NCBI GenBank assembly: GCA_052327205.1
Contig: CM126204.1
Span: forward strand, 155,310,001-155,374,000
DNA: 64,000 bases
Direction of reading: 5' to 3'
Source of the DNA: Somniosus microcephalus
Taxonomy: Eukaryota
Part shown: positions 37,393-49,780 of the stretch, piece after piece
How positions within the stretch are numbered: position 1 is the first letter of the stretch
Layout of the letters: the number at the start of each line of letters is the position of its first letter
Program-made: the position numbers and the translations under genes
Notes under the pieces: generated by a model
What the model saw: only the letters and a program-made list of their open reading frames with translations
What the model was told of the DNA's origin: nothing
Database searches by the model: none

Positions 37393-37761
37393 GCTGTATA
37401 ACTCTATGACTCAGTAGGGCAAGCATGTCAAGTATCCTTTGGCAAGAGATTAAAGCAGCACAAAAACACAGCCATTTCAGAAAAAGTTTTAAAATCAAAA
37501 ACTGAGAGCAGGCGATCATTATCCCACTCAGACAGAGAGACAACTTTGTCCATTAACTATCATAACAGCAGCTCATTTCAACCAACCACTCTACAAGTAA
37601 GAGAAGAAATAGCACTGTTGCCCAAATTGGCTGTGGTTTGCAATAGGAAAGGAAGTACTACAGAAGACTAGATTTTGAGAAACCATTTGAATTTTTCAAG
37701 CATGTCTATTGTGCACATTTTTTTTGACTTGTATAAAATGAATGCTTTTATTACAAAGTAT

Positions 37762-38297
37762 TTACAGCACAGAAACAAGTCAGTCATTCAGCCCAACAGG
37801 TCCATGCCAGTGTTTATGCTCCACACGAGCCTCCTCCTACCCCTCTTCACCTAACCCCATCAACGTATCTTTCTATTCCTTTCTCCCTCATGTATTTATC
37901 TAGCTTCCCCTTAAATGCATCTATACTATTCGCCTCAACTGCTCCATGGCAGCGAGTTCCACGTTCTAACCATTCTCTGGGTAAAGAAGTTCTCCTGAAA
38001 TCCTTATTGAATTTATTAGTGACTATCTTATATTTATGGCCTCTAGTATCTGGTCTCACCCGCAAGTGGAAACAACTTCTCCACATCTACCCTATCAAAC
38101 CCTTTCGTAATCTTGAAGACCTTTATCAGGTCACCGCTCAGTCTTTGTTTTTCTGGAGAAAAGAGCCCCAGCCTGTTCAATCTTTCCCGATAGGTATAAC
38201 CTCAGTGTTCTGGTATCATTCTAGTAAATCTTTTTTGCACCTTCTCCAGTGCCTCTATATCCTTTTCAGAATATGGAGGCCAGAACTGTTCACAGTA
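37762..38297 (-). mobile_element. CR1 LINE 3' fragment
   Basis: TRGHKYKI...DAFKGKLDKYM; boundaries approximate. Confidence 0.85.
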
Positions 38298-38779
38298 CTT
38301 TTTAGTAGTGCAAAATTTCACCAAGTCTGAAAAATTTAAAATTCTAGCTCTGATTTCTGCACCTAGGAGTTCAATATTTATTTCTGAACTAGTAGCGGAA
38401 TATCTAGATTAAGAGAAAATAAAAGTATTTTAAAACTTAATTATAATATAGTGCTGCCAAGTAAGGAATAATAGAAAAATAATTACTCCATTTCATTCTT
38501 ATTCATCTGTCAATAATGACAGGCAAAATTACCCTCTCCGTGTTGATCCTTGTTCAGCTCTTGAATCATAATACAGTCAAATTACTTCCAGTAGAAGACA
38601 GCCTTTCTCAAACCTACTTCTGCTTTTAATCTAAACACTGGGTCTTGCATATTTTACTGCTTTTCCCTTTTTCCATATAAACTTCTGCAAAACACAGCTG
38701 TCTTCAATCCACATTTAAAAATGTAATATTCAGAAGTACATTAGGATACGAGAATATACATTGAAATCCAAAATCCTAC

Positions 38780-38852
38780 CTTGCCAAGCATATTTCTTTC
38801 CATTTAAATCAAGAGCAAAATCATCAGGATAGAAGTCAATGATTGAAGAGTC
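38780..38852 (-). CDS. XRN2: XRN2 exon ([25 protein letters not shown])
   Basis: 73 nt, GT-AG, conserved [11 protein letters not shown]. Confidence 0.97.
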
Positions 38853-39930
38853 CTGTTAAAGAAAATATATACATCCATTTCCAGCCTGTCCAATCTCAAT
38901 TTATACAAATATACATTAGCCAAATACATTTTTTCTGCATTAGAACCAAATTCACAGTATATACAAGTTACATTTTTTGAAGAATCATACAATATATTCC
39001 TGTCAATTTTCAGCCTATTTGTTAAGCAATTAACAAGATAATGCATTTAAAATGGCTATTTATACCGATCTTTGTTCTCATTAAGGTGCATTAGCATTTG
39101 CTTAAGATCTATCATTTTCCTATGAAAATCAAATGACCAAGAATTGCAAATTACAATTAAAATGGTGTTTCAAGTTTTTAAAGGCATTAGCAGTTCAATC
39201 CAACATTAACTAGGATGGGAAAAATCTTAGTTCTAGGTACATTACAGATTATAGTTGCAGAAGTATGCATGAGACTTTTTGAACAAGACTCTTATCAATT
39301 GTCCTACAGATCGCTAGGTTTAAGACTAGAGACGACGTGCAGAAAGAAGTGTAGCAAGTAAGCAAAAATGATGCACAGGTTTTATTCAATGCACGATTTG
39401 GGTTTTCTTAAAGGTCGGGTTCTTTACTGCATATCTTACATCAATTAAGTTGCAATCAACAGCATTTTATTTTTGGTTAATAGAAAGTTGTCAAAACCAG
39501 GTTTCATAACCCATCTTAGAGCAAAGGTACAATAAATATATTAAGATTTGTATTATTTAAACCTCTCGCCTTACAATACACTGCAGACTGTTATCCTATT
39601 TCTATTTGGCTTGACTACCTCTACAATTGGTTGTATGCATTGTACGCTCAACCTTAATGCAGAAGATAGAGAACGAAGCGCTTCCATTGGATGGAAAGGT
39701 TGAGTGATGAAAATGGATATGTTATAAGGTGGTTGCTGTAAGACAAACAAGTTCCTTATTCTGCATCACCAACATTATTCAATTGTTAAATCTAGTTGAA
39801 AATTTAAAATATTGATTTCCATCAACATCTACTATATGCATTTGTGTTAATTTACATGGGTAGATCATGCAGAATATCCATTTTGAGTAACAGTCATGCC
39901 AATACTCCGACATGTTCCATAAAAACTCAC

Positions 39931-40020
39931 CGGATCCTCCATCAGTACCCGCCAAGTGTTAGGGAGGAAGTTACCACTTGCGGCAGGAAACACTCCCATC
40001 AACTGTTCTAGTGGTTTGAA
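39931..40020 (-). CDS. XRN2: XRN2 exon (FKPLEQLMGVFPAASGNFLPNTWRVLMEDP)
   Basis: 90 nt, ttgcag acceptor, CCG/gtgagt donor. Confidence 0.97.
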
Positions 40021-40879
40021 CTGCAAAGATTCAAATATGTTTATATGTAAATATTCAGAACAAATTTTGCACCCGCGTGACAAGTCAGTCATTCTGATGA
40101 AAATGTTCTGCTTAACTAAGAAATTAAATCCTTTGCAAAGGAAGAGGAGTAGGGGTAAGAGAAAGGGAAAAGAGGAACAAATGAAGCGGAGGACAGCAGA
40201 GAGAGAAGGGGAACAAAGGCTGGAAGTCTGGCTCATGGGGGTGGGGGGGGGGGGGGGTTGGGGAGGTGAAGGGAAAAAGTGAAAGCTTAAATTAAGACTA
40301 TGAAGGTTGTTCACTGCGGACTGTCTACCAAAAGCAGACATCCAAAGAGACAATATTACACAGCCAATAGTGCCGTGTTGCCTATTCGGCAAACAAATGG
40401 GCAGTTGGAAAATTTGCATTGCCAGAGGAACAATCCAGTTGAATTTTCAATTTAGTTAAACATTATCTGTCTTGCATACAGTCTTTTCATTATGTTGAGA
40501 GGGATCAAATTATATAAGAAATGCATATTTGTTGGATCCTAATCAATTTCACAGGCGCCATCTGGAAGGGGTCTATGACTGGAAGCTAAAAGACAATAGC
40601 CAGAGGTGGTAGAAAAATGGACTAATTCCGTAAAGGGGGCAGGGGAGGGAAAGAGGAGAGACAGGAAGGTTCAGGGCTCTATAGAAGCAGACATCAATAA
40701 CATTTAAAATGACAGTGCAAAAAAAACTAAGTTAAACGATTAAACTTACCTAAAAGGAAAGCAATTGGCTTTGAAATTGTTCAGAAAGGGAGACTCTAAA
40801 GCTGTTCAGACTGGGGACAAAGCTACCCAGTGGTGAGATTGTGCAATTACAGCATAACCAAGCTATATAGGGAAAACCC

Positions 40880-41926
40880 ATCGGCCCAGTATTTGCTGGA
40901 GCGGGACATCTCGCAGCATGCCCCATTAGTTAAACATTTCCCCTCACACTTCAGCTCGAAGTGTGTGCGCGCACTGGAAGTGCGACCTGATAATGGGGAC
41001 AGAGGTAAATGGGACCTTGGTGAACGAAGGGACCAACAGTCTACCTCCTTAACTAATGAGATGCAAGGATTGGAAAAGAAACAAAGGAACAGCGGAGAAG
41101 GAAATACAGGAAACACTGCTATCCGGAGGTGAGCTATCCAGCAAACTGGAGCCACCGGCAGAAATCAGGTGCCGTTTTTTTATTCTTCTTGTTTGTTTTC
41201 TTTGCTTTCTCCCCCCCCCCCAGTCAAGCAGTGTCTGTAGCTATAGCAACAGCTTTAGCTACAGACCCTTGCAGCCACACACACACACACACACACACGA
41301 GTGTTTAGAAGCTGTTGCTAAGCAACAGTGATTGTTGTCAGATACAGATAAGAATCTCTGTATCTTTCAACATTAACTCTGGAGTGTACAGCACTTTTTA
41401 GGCAACGGCAGCAGCTCGGTCCCGTCGGTGCCGGATAGCACAAAGTTTCCTGTAAAGTGAATTAGTCAAATCAGAAAGAGAAATAAAAAGTGAGGGAAAA
41501 GAAGATTGGATTCAGAGAAAAAAGACAAAGGAAAAGTATGAATTAAAAAAAAAAAATCTCTGAAAACAATTTACTATCTGTAGGAATGAGACTCCAGTTT
41601 CAATTGTTCCCTTTCTGTGCCGGAGAGCTTGAGTGGCATTGTAGGAACATAAATCTTGTAATTATAAAAAGGAACTTGCGCTGTTAAATTCCAGCCCCAA
41701 CTTTGTGGTGAGTTCAATTGGAAATCGAGGTGCAAATGCCACAATATCTTGAAAAACACGGGCAGGTTGAGGGCGAGCTGCTGTTTTCGTGAAACTAACG
41801 GTGGAGTGGTGCAAATTGTCCAACAACTTGTGCCGATTCGCAATTTACAGGGTATCTTTTCCTTGCCACATTAATAACAGTATGCGCATTAAACGCACCG
41901 TTACTTTGGCAGCAGATTCTGGCCCA
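40880..41926. mobile_element. Putative older TIR non-autonomous DNA element hosting MITE copy 3
   Basis: Imperfect TIRs atcggcccagtatttgctg / cagcagattctggcccat. Confidence 0.45.
41107..41452 (+). mobile_element. MITE family A, copy 3 (diverged, internal (CA)n)
   Basis: TA-caggaaac...aaagtttcctg-TA. Confidence 0.82.
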
Positions 41927-42030
41927 TTAGAAATGTGGGCATAGGAAGTTACAATGGGAAAAGTGATCAGGAAGTCAAGTGTTGCAGACAGGAAGTATGT
42001 ACAGAGCTATGATTATAGATACATTATATA

Positions 42031-42627
42031 CTAGCTGGGGGGGCCCCAGCGTTGCCAGGGCTGTTTTGGGCCGGGCGGTTTAAATCGAGTCCCAGCCCCT
42101 GTCTGTCTGTCCCTGTGTGAATCTGCTGCCGGGCAACATTTCTACCTTTTAATAGCTTCAAAGATGAAAGTGAAAGTACTTACAAAACGTTTTTGGTAAA
42201 TGTGATGTTATTTTTAAAAGAGATACTAACTTTTTAGAAGCTGGATTAGCAGAGTTTGAGCTGAAGTAGTGAAGCAATGGCTGCCCGATGCCAGAGTTGA
42301 AAAGCATTAGTCCCACCCACAGACGCAGTGATTGGCCAACCATCAGGCGACTGAACTGTAGGATTGGTCAATCGTGGCGGCACAGGATTGGTCGACCTTG
42401 ACGTCAGTCAATCAATGCTATTAGCAGATAATGAGTTTAATTTTGAAGGTTTTTTGCATAACGTGCGAACAATTTTAGTCCGACCGAAAAGTAAATACGC
42501 TTTTGATGGTTCTGGAATTGTCAGCTTTCTTTCGAGGTAACGCACGTGTAGGTACGTTCTATAACTTTCGAGTTTATTCAAGACAGACAGACAGACAAGT
42601 ATCCTTTTATTTCTATATACATATAGA
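42031..42627 (-). mobile_element. Non-autonomous Helitron
   Basis: Minus strand begins A|TCTATATGTATA, ends with hairpin GCCCTGGC-AAC-GCTGGGGC then ...GCTAG|T; no TSD; internal (GACA)n tracts. Confidence 0.8.
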
Positions 42628-43072
42628 TACATCCATGTGCATGCATACATACACGAGCTCCCATCCGATAAGTGCATTCCTGTTAAATTAATGTCTTAAG
42701 TCAGTATAATCTGAACCATTGTAACAATCCAGCAACATATGCATCTATACATATCAACACTATGGCCTACAAGTGCTCAACATAAAATACCGGAGACAGC
42801 ACAAACACCTGAAATCTTCACCCCAGTATACATCGGGGATGGCGTGACCTAAAATTGCCTTGAATGTTGCATATCAATACTAAAAATTCCTTCAAATCAT
42901 ATATCAGAATCAAAAGGTTGCTCATGGTGATGATAGAGTTCACCAACTTTTATCTCAAGGCTAGCTATAAGCTTATCAGGAAGCATTTTACCATTGTAGG
43001 TTATGGAAAAGCAAGCACAAAATACAGTAGTTACTTATTCCAGAGGGCTGAATGCACACTGCAAAATCTTAC

Positions 43073-43180
43073 CGGTTTTGTTCCCTTTTCAAACGTGGAT
43101 GGCATATCTTTAATGTCTTTGAAGTCTGAAGCAAATGGTGCATAGTGGAATGGGTAGAACCACTTCCAGGAAGCACACCC
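43073..43180 (-). CDS. XRN2: XRN2 exon ([36 protein letters not shown])
   Basis: Conserved XRN motif SWxWxYPxHYAP; 108 nt, GT-AG. Confidence 0.97.
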
Positions 43181-43393
43181 CTGTGAACAGAATTTAGCTT
43201 TTTAAAATCAATCCTTTTAAGGCAATCTTGCTTAAAGTAGAGGGAAATTACTTCTGGTACAAAGTACTTCCTTTTTAAAATCTACTGCAAGGACCCTCAA
43301 ATCCTGGGCTGCTCCAGTGACACACATTACAGTGTGTGTGCTGGATAGCTCCATTGCCAACAGCAATGGCCACAGCTTCAAACTGCTCTAAGA

Positions 43394-43746
43394 GCACGGT
43401 GGCATAGTGGTTAGCAGTGTTGCCTCACAGCGCCAGGAACCCGGGTTCGAATCCGGCCTCGGGTGACTGTGTGGAGTTTGCACATTCTCCCCGTGTTTGC
43501 GTGGGTTTTCTCCGGGTGCTCCGGTTTCCTCCCACAGTCCAAAGATGTGCGGGTTAGGTTGATTGGCTATGATAAATTGACCCTTAGTGTTAGGGGGATT
43601 AAATACGTGGGGTTACGGGGATCGGGTGGGATATGTGTTGGTGTAGGGGTTACGGGGATCGGGTGGGATATGTGTCGGTGCAGGCTCGATGGGCCGAAAT
43701 GGCCTCTATCTGCACTGTGGGGTTTCTGTTTCTGTGATTTCTGTGA
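43394..43746 (+). mobile_element. tRNA-derived V-SINE (HE1-like)
   Basis: A/B boxes, V-domain, CR1-like tail gggccgaaatggcct...ctgt and (ttctgtga)-type repeats. Confidence 0.88.
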
Positions 43747-43945
43747 CCCACAGAAAACTACATTAAAAACTGGGAATGCAGATTTCCCAGCATGGAGTAT
43801 GGTTTCCCAGGACTGGGTGGCTGTCAGGATGCTTTGAAGTCTCTTCTTTCCCTTCTCTTACTGTTTGCAATGGAGTGCTCTGGTACACTCCCTGTAACTT
43901 GCATCACCAGAGATATGTATGAGAAATTGACATTGCCAGACCTTT

Positions 43946-43950
<5 letters not shown>

Positions 43951-43994
<44 letters not shown>
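43951..43994. repeat. (TA)n microsatellite
   Basis: About 22 TA units after a T run. Confidence 0.95.
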
Positions 43995-43997
<3 letters not shown>

Positions 43998-44176
43998 GTG
44001 GCAGCATTTGATAAGGATCAAGTTTCTTCTGTAAAAAGGGGAACACAAACAAATGTACCCGCCAACACTATTCCTTCCCCTTTAATGTTCATTGATAAGA
44101 ACCCTCAATTTGGAATAATCCATCATTCATTGCAATTCTACTTCAATATAAAGTCAAAAACAAAAAGCTTACGTAC

Positions 44177-44312
44177 CTGGTAGTAGTACTGAAGAACCCA
44201 ACACAGACCTTCGACATACGATTCTACAACTTTTCTGCGGAATTTTTCATCAGCAGCATCAACATCAAACTTGTTTTTATAGTAACGTTGTTTCCAACCC
44301 TCTTCCCAAAGC
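44177..44312 (-). CDS. XRN2: XRN2 exon ([45 protein letters not shown])
   Basis: Highly conserved XRN CR2 sequence; 136 nt, GT-AG. Confidence 0.97.
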
Positions 44313-46459
44313 CTGCATCATAAAAACAAACTTAAGTCAAAATACCTACAAAAATAAAAATCTAGGTTTTGATTCAGTTTTCCTTATTCTTTGAATGCAG
44401 TTTATCCTCTGCATACCTTAAGGCAGATGTGTCCAACCTGCAACTCTCAAGCCCTGGCAATACGGCCACTGAAGCCAAGGCAACTTGATCCTATTTTCAA
44501 TTACATTTCTTATTTGCTGGTGTGTCCCGAGTCAATTGTTGGGCCTAGAGCTTCTAAAATGGTTCATTTAGCAGTCACCTCACCAGTGAGTAAGTCATAA
44601 TCAGAAGATCAGTTAGCATCAACAACTCTATATGCATGAAAAATAATGGGAACATTTATTGAAACCACATGTATCCCCTCCCCCAATACCAGGTACACGT
44701 CAATAGGGCTCAAAAATGGAAAACACTTGGCCATTCCACCTTAAAGATATAACCATAATTCTGTTCAGTCAAGTTGAGGGAGGGGGGGGGGGGGGGTGGG
44801 AGGGGAGAGTTTTAAAATCAAGATTTTTTTTTTTTTTTTAAACCGCAAGATGTTTTTGTGCTTATTAATGTGAATAGTAACACTTTCTCCAGTTCAGGTA
44901 CCAACCAACCAGCCACATCAAATGTTCCCAGGTCAGGTACAGCAGAGCACCATGCCCCAATTAATCTCAGAAGAGTAGTCGCTATTGTAATAGTGTGATA
45001 TTTCCATTTTCCACAACAGTCATCCTTGCATTCCGAGTGAGACTTCCTGGTTTTAATACCAACTGGTGCCCATCGGGAACTGATTCAAGACTGCCCAACT
45101 CATCTGGCTTAGAACCCTTACAGCCAATAGAAAAAGAAAGATTTACATTCTCTCCATAAGGGCTGAATTTTAACTCAAATTCCAGAGGTTATCTCCAAAA
45201 TGCAACAGCATCATTATGTGCACAGGCATGTTCTACACATCACATAATACACAAAAGTTCTCTCTAATTTTGCACAGCCAGGGGGTGAAAGAGTCAACGT
45301 TTTAAGGGGTGAAATTCATAAATTTGGCATCAAGCTCAAATTCTGCACTCTCCTGGTCTGCTGAAATATTTGAAGCTGTCTCCTGGTAGCAAACTATGCT
45401 CGGAGCTGTCTGGAATACAGCACCTATGAAGGGTCGACCCATGACTGGCTCTGGTTGGAATTTCTATCAACTGATGAGAAACCCTAGACAGAAACTCTGC
45501 TCCTTCATAGGATGTAACTTGAGCATTGTAGCAGTGGAAGGACCAGAAATTAGGGCGGAACCTGCATCAGTTGGGTTCCCGGTTCTGATCAGTCACATTA
45601 AGTTCCAATGCCGGGGGGGGGCAGGGAAGGTGGAAGTACTACTTCTGCCTGCCTTCCTCTGCCCAGAAAATCCTACCAGTTGTGCCATTCTTGCAGCCAG
45701 CAGTACATACACCTACAAGAAGCAGGCCTTCCTGGGCCACATGTGGACCCCATTAAGAACATTTTAAAATGCAATCGATGTCAGAGATCGATTGCCAGGA
45801 GAAAAGGGTCCACAAATGAAAGAGAAGCATCCAAATGAACATCGGAGCATCCACGGTCACATTAGCCTGTTGCATCCTTGACAGAGCAGCAAGGAGCAAC
45901 TCAGAAACCCTGGCCATTCTGGCAGGTAGGCACCCCTGCAGTGCTGCTACTGAAGTAGGTGCCTACCCCTGGTATGTAAATGTATCCATCCCCAGGAGTT
46001 GTGCTGGTTATAGCGTGGACAACGTGGCTGGAAGTTCCACACTGTTGCACTTCTGGCGGCTCAACGGCTCCCCAAGGATGACAATGCAGCAAGCATCACA
46101 AAATGCCCCGAGGAGCCAATCACCTATCTAAACACTGGCATGAAAGGAAGCCAGTCACTAGAAACAGCACTTTATACACACTCCAGACACTTACATCAGG
46201 CCAAACTGGTGACCTCTGTGTTGACAATTCATTTATTCAGTTTTTCCCTGTGCTTTTTTTCTATCCTGAAAGTACACATCCTCAAGGGCTGCAATTGCTA
46301 CTGTGACAGAGTGCTAGCTTGAACATTTCCTTCAGGAGAGAGAACACGAGTGAAAGTGAGAGCACTAATAAGTGAACGAGAGAAGAGAGAGATATAGTGA
46401 GAGGAGAGATATAGTGAGAGAAAAAGAAACCGAGAAAATGAGAGACACAGAGAATGAAC

Positions 46460-46825
46460 TTGAATTTATTTGCACCCTTCACATCCTCGAAGTCCTAAAG
46501 TGCTTCGCAGTCAATGAAATACTTTTGAAGTCACTCATGTCGGGAAATACAATAGCCAATATGTGCGCAGTAGGGATAAATTGACCGGTTAATCGGTTTT
46601 TGGCGGTGTTGACTGGTCCTGGATGCAGGCAGAACGCCCCTGTTCAAATTGTGCTATGGTGTGTTGCATGTCTCATCCAACAGAGGGCACTTCAGACAGC
46701 ATAGCACTCCTTCACTACTGCGTTGAACTGTCAGCCTAGATTATGTGCTCAAGTCTGGAGTGAGGCTTGAACCCACAACCTTCTGACTCGGAGGCGAATT
46801 TGCGACAACTGAACCAATCTGACAC
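46460..46825 (-). mobile_element. Deu-SINE-like (SacSINE1-like) element
   Basis: tRNA-like head (ggttgtgggttcaagc) at about 46760-46825 and Deu-like body; related fragment at about 14860-15040. Confidence 0.55.
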
Positions 46826-47139
46826 ACAAAAAAGTTGTTGTCTTAGGACTAAGTTACACCAAGGCTGAAACCCACCCTTGCTTTTGGAACAAAGCAGCTA
46901 TTTTCTTGGCCTAAATGATTTTCCTTCTATGCCCCATTTCTGTACCTCTAGAGCCAAAATACTCCTCAGCATGCTTTTGGTTGTGTAAGAAAAGGACAGA
47001 ATCAATTGATAATTACTACTTTTGGCCTGGACAATCTCCTTTGCCCTGCTATCAGTAACTGTCCCCTGCACAATATAGATGCGTCAAGTTAAAGGAGACA
47101 GAGACCACTTAGTAGCAATCAAATGTTCAAACTACAACA

Positions 47140-47662
47140 GGTGTTTATACAGCACCTTTAACATAGTAAAATGCCCCAAGGCGCTTCACAGGAGCGTTAT
47201 CAAACTAATTTTGACACCGAGCCACATAAGGAGATATTTGGGCAGATGACCAAAAGCTTGGTCAAAGAGGTAAGTTTGAAGGAGCATCTTAAAAGGAGGA
47301 AAGAGAGGTAGACAGACAGAGGTTTAGGGAGGGAATTCCAGAGCTTAGGGACTTGACAGCTGAAGGCACGGCTGCCAATGGTGGACCGATTAAATCGGGG
47401 ATGCACAAGAGGCCAGAATTGGAGTAGCACAGATATCCGAGGGTTGTGCAGCTGGAGGAGGTTAGAGATAGGGAGGGGCGAGGCCAGAGGGATTTGAAAA
47501 CAACATTGAGAATTTAAAAATCGAGGTGTTGCTTAACCGGGAGCCAATGTAGTTTTGAGAGCACTGGGGTGATGGGTGAATGGGACTTGGTGCGAGTTAG
47601 GACACGGGCAGCCGAGTTTTGGATAACCTCAAGTTTAGAGGGTGCAAGATGGGAGGCCAGCC
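47140..47662 (-). mobile_element. L2-type LINE 3' end
   Basis: KLEVIQNSAARVLTRTKSHSPITPVLSKLHWLPVKQ and PKLWNSLP. Confidence 0.85.
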
Positions 47663-47766
47663 GGGAGTACAATTCACCAAGTGACAGAACTGTTCTCGGC
47701 TCCACCCCACAGCACTCAGTTTCCCATTCACAAAACAGAAGCCCCAAAGCATCCTCAACTGTTCTC

Positions 47767-48884
47767 ATAAGAACACAAATAGGCCATATAGTCCCCGAGC
47801 CTGCTTCACCATTCAATAAGATCATGGCTGATCTTTGATCTCAACTCCACTTGCCTGCCCGATCCCCATATCCCTTGATTCCTCGAGTCCAAAAATCTAG
47901 ATCTCAGCCTTGAATATACTCAGCGACTGAGCATCACAAGCCCTTTGGGGCAGAGAATTCCAAAGATTCACAACCCGCTGAGTGAAGAAATTCCTCATCA
48001 TCTCAATCTTAAAAGGCTGACCCCTCATCCTGAGACTATGCCCCCTAGTTCTAGACTCTCCAGCCAGGGGAAACAACCTCTCAGCATCTCCCCTGTCAAT
48101 CCTCCTCAGAATCTTGTATGTTTCAATGAGATCACCTCTCATTCTTCTAAACACCAGAGAGTATAGGCCCAATCTACTCGATCTCTCCTCATAGGACAGC
48201 CCTCTCATCCCAGGAATCAATCTAGGGCACCTCTATGGCAAGTATATTCTTCCTTAGATAAGGAGACCAAAATTGTGCAAAGTACTCCAGGTGTGGTCTC
48301 ACCAAAGCCCTGTACAATTGTAGCAAGACTTCCTTACTCTTGTACAGGAAACTTTGGTTTATCCGGAGGTTAACTGTCCGGAATGCTCGAGCCACCGGCA
48401 AAAATCAGGAGCCATTTAGTTAGGTTTTTTTTCTTTTCGTTGCTTTTTTCCCCCCCCACCAGTCAGGCTCTGCAAGGTCTCGCTGAAGTTGTTGCTAAGC
48501 TACAGAGACGCTTGCAAGGTACGGCCGACTGTTTAGAAGCTGTTGCTAAGCAACAGGGTTTGTTGCCAGATACGGAGCTCAAAATCTCCATATGTTTCAA
48601 CATTAGCGCTGGTTTGTCCGGCAGTTTTGATGGGACGGCAACAGCTCGGTCCCGTCAGTGCCGGATAGCACAAAGTTTCCTGTACTCCAAACCCCTTGCA
48701 ATAAAGGCCAACATGCCATTTGTCTTCCTAATTGCTTGCTAACTGTTTCTTTTGCAAGGACACCTAAATTTCTCTGAACACCAACATTTAATAGTTTCTC
48801 ACCATTTAAAAAATATTCTGTTTTCCTATTCTTCCTACCAAAGTGAATAACCTCATATTTCCCCACATTATATAGCATCTGCCA
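47767..48884 (-). mobile_element. CR1 LINE 3' fragment (interrupted by MITE copy 4)
   Basis: MIPGMRGLSYEER..RLGLYSL..RRMRGDLIETYKI...NFFTQRVVNLWNSLP. Confidence 0.9.
48345..48682 (+). mobile_element. MITE family A, copy 4 (interrupts a CR1)
   Basis: Same TIRs; TA duplication splits the CR1 sequence ctcttgTA|ctccaaacccc. Confidence 0.88.
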
Positions 48885-49015
48885 TAACACAAAAGCAAAA
48901 TACTGTGGATAATGGAAATCTGAAATAAAAATGCTAGAAATACTTAGGTCAGGCAGCATCTGTGGAGAGAGCAACAGAGTTAACATTTCAGGTCGATGAC
49001 CTTTCATCAGAACTC
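48885..49015 (-). mobile_element. Short Penelope pLTR cassette with hammerhead motif
   Basis: Minus strand gagtt-CTGATGA-a-aggtc(atc)gacct-GAAA-tg-ttaactc plus the same tail. Confidence 0.75.
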
Positions 49016-49529
49016 CACCTCCCAATCACTTAATATATATTTTTAATATTAGAGTTTTTGATGACCTCAGGTTTAGAGAGGGTGGAAGATGGGAGGCCAG
49101 CCAGGTGTACAATTCACAAAGTGACAGAATTGTTTTCTGCTCCTCCCCACACCGCTGCTTCCCATTTCATCTATTTTTTCATTCACCCTCAGGATGTGGG
49201 CATCACTGGCAAGGCCAGCATTTATTGCCCACTCTTAGTTGCCCTGAGAAGGTGGTGGTGGGGAGATCTTCTTCCTGAGCTGTTGGTAGCCAGTTTGATA
49301 CAACTGAGTGGCTTGCTCGGCCACTTCCGAGGGCAGTTAAAAGCCAACCACAATGGTGTGATACTGGAGTCACATTTAAGGCAGACCCAGTAAGGAAAGC
49401 GGGTTTCCGTGTCATTTTTACAACACAGATTCATGGTCACTGCATAGAGATTTTTATTTACAGATTTTTTTAAAAATAAACTAAATTCAAATTCTCAAAC
49501 TGCCATGGTGGAATCTGAACTTGCGTTCT

Positions 49530-49780
49530 AATAAAATAAGGAATAGGAGCAGGAGTAGGCCATACAGCCCCTCAAGCCTGTACCGTCATTCAACTAAGAT
49601 CATGGCTGATCTTCTACATCAATTCCACTTTCCCGCCCTATCGTCATATTCCTTAATTCTCAGTGTCCAAAATTCTATCAATCGCAGTCTCGAATATACT
49701 CAACTACTGAGCATCCATAGCCCTCTAGGTAGAGAATTCCAAAGATTCACAACCCTCCGATTGAAGAAGTTTCACCTCAG
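49530..49780 (-). mobile_element. CR1 3' end fragment
   Basis: Similar to 47770-48000. Confidence 0.7.

Noticed and set aside
39865-40419. 184-aa ORF as a stand-alone gene
   Set aside because: Only 39931-40020 is coding (XRN2 exon); the rest is intronic read-through
43394-43465. tRNA gene (also at 31207 and about 16840-16915)
   Set aside because: A/B boxes are SINE heads: followed by a V-domain and LINE tail at 43394 and 31207, decayed at 16840; no complete cloverleaf
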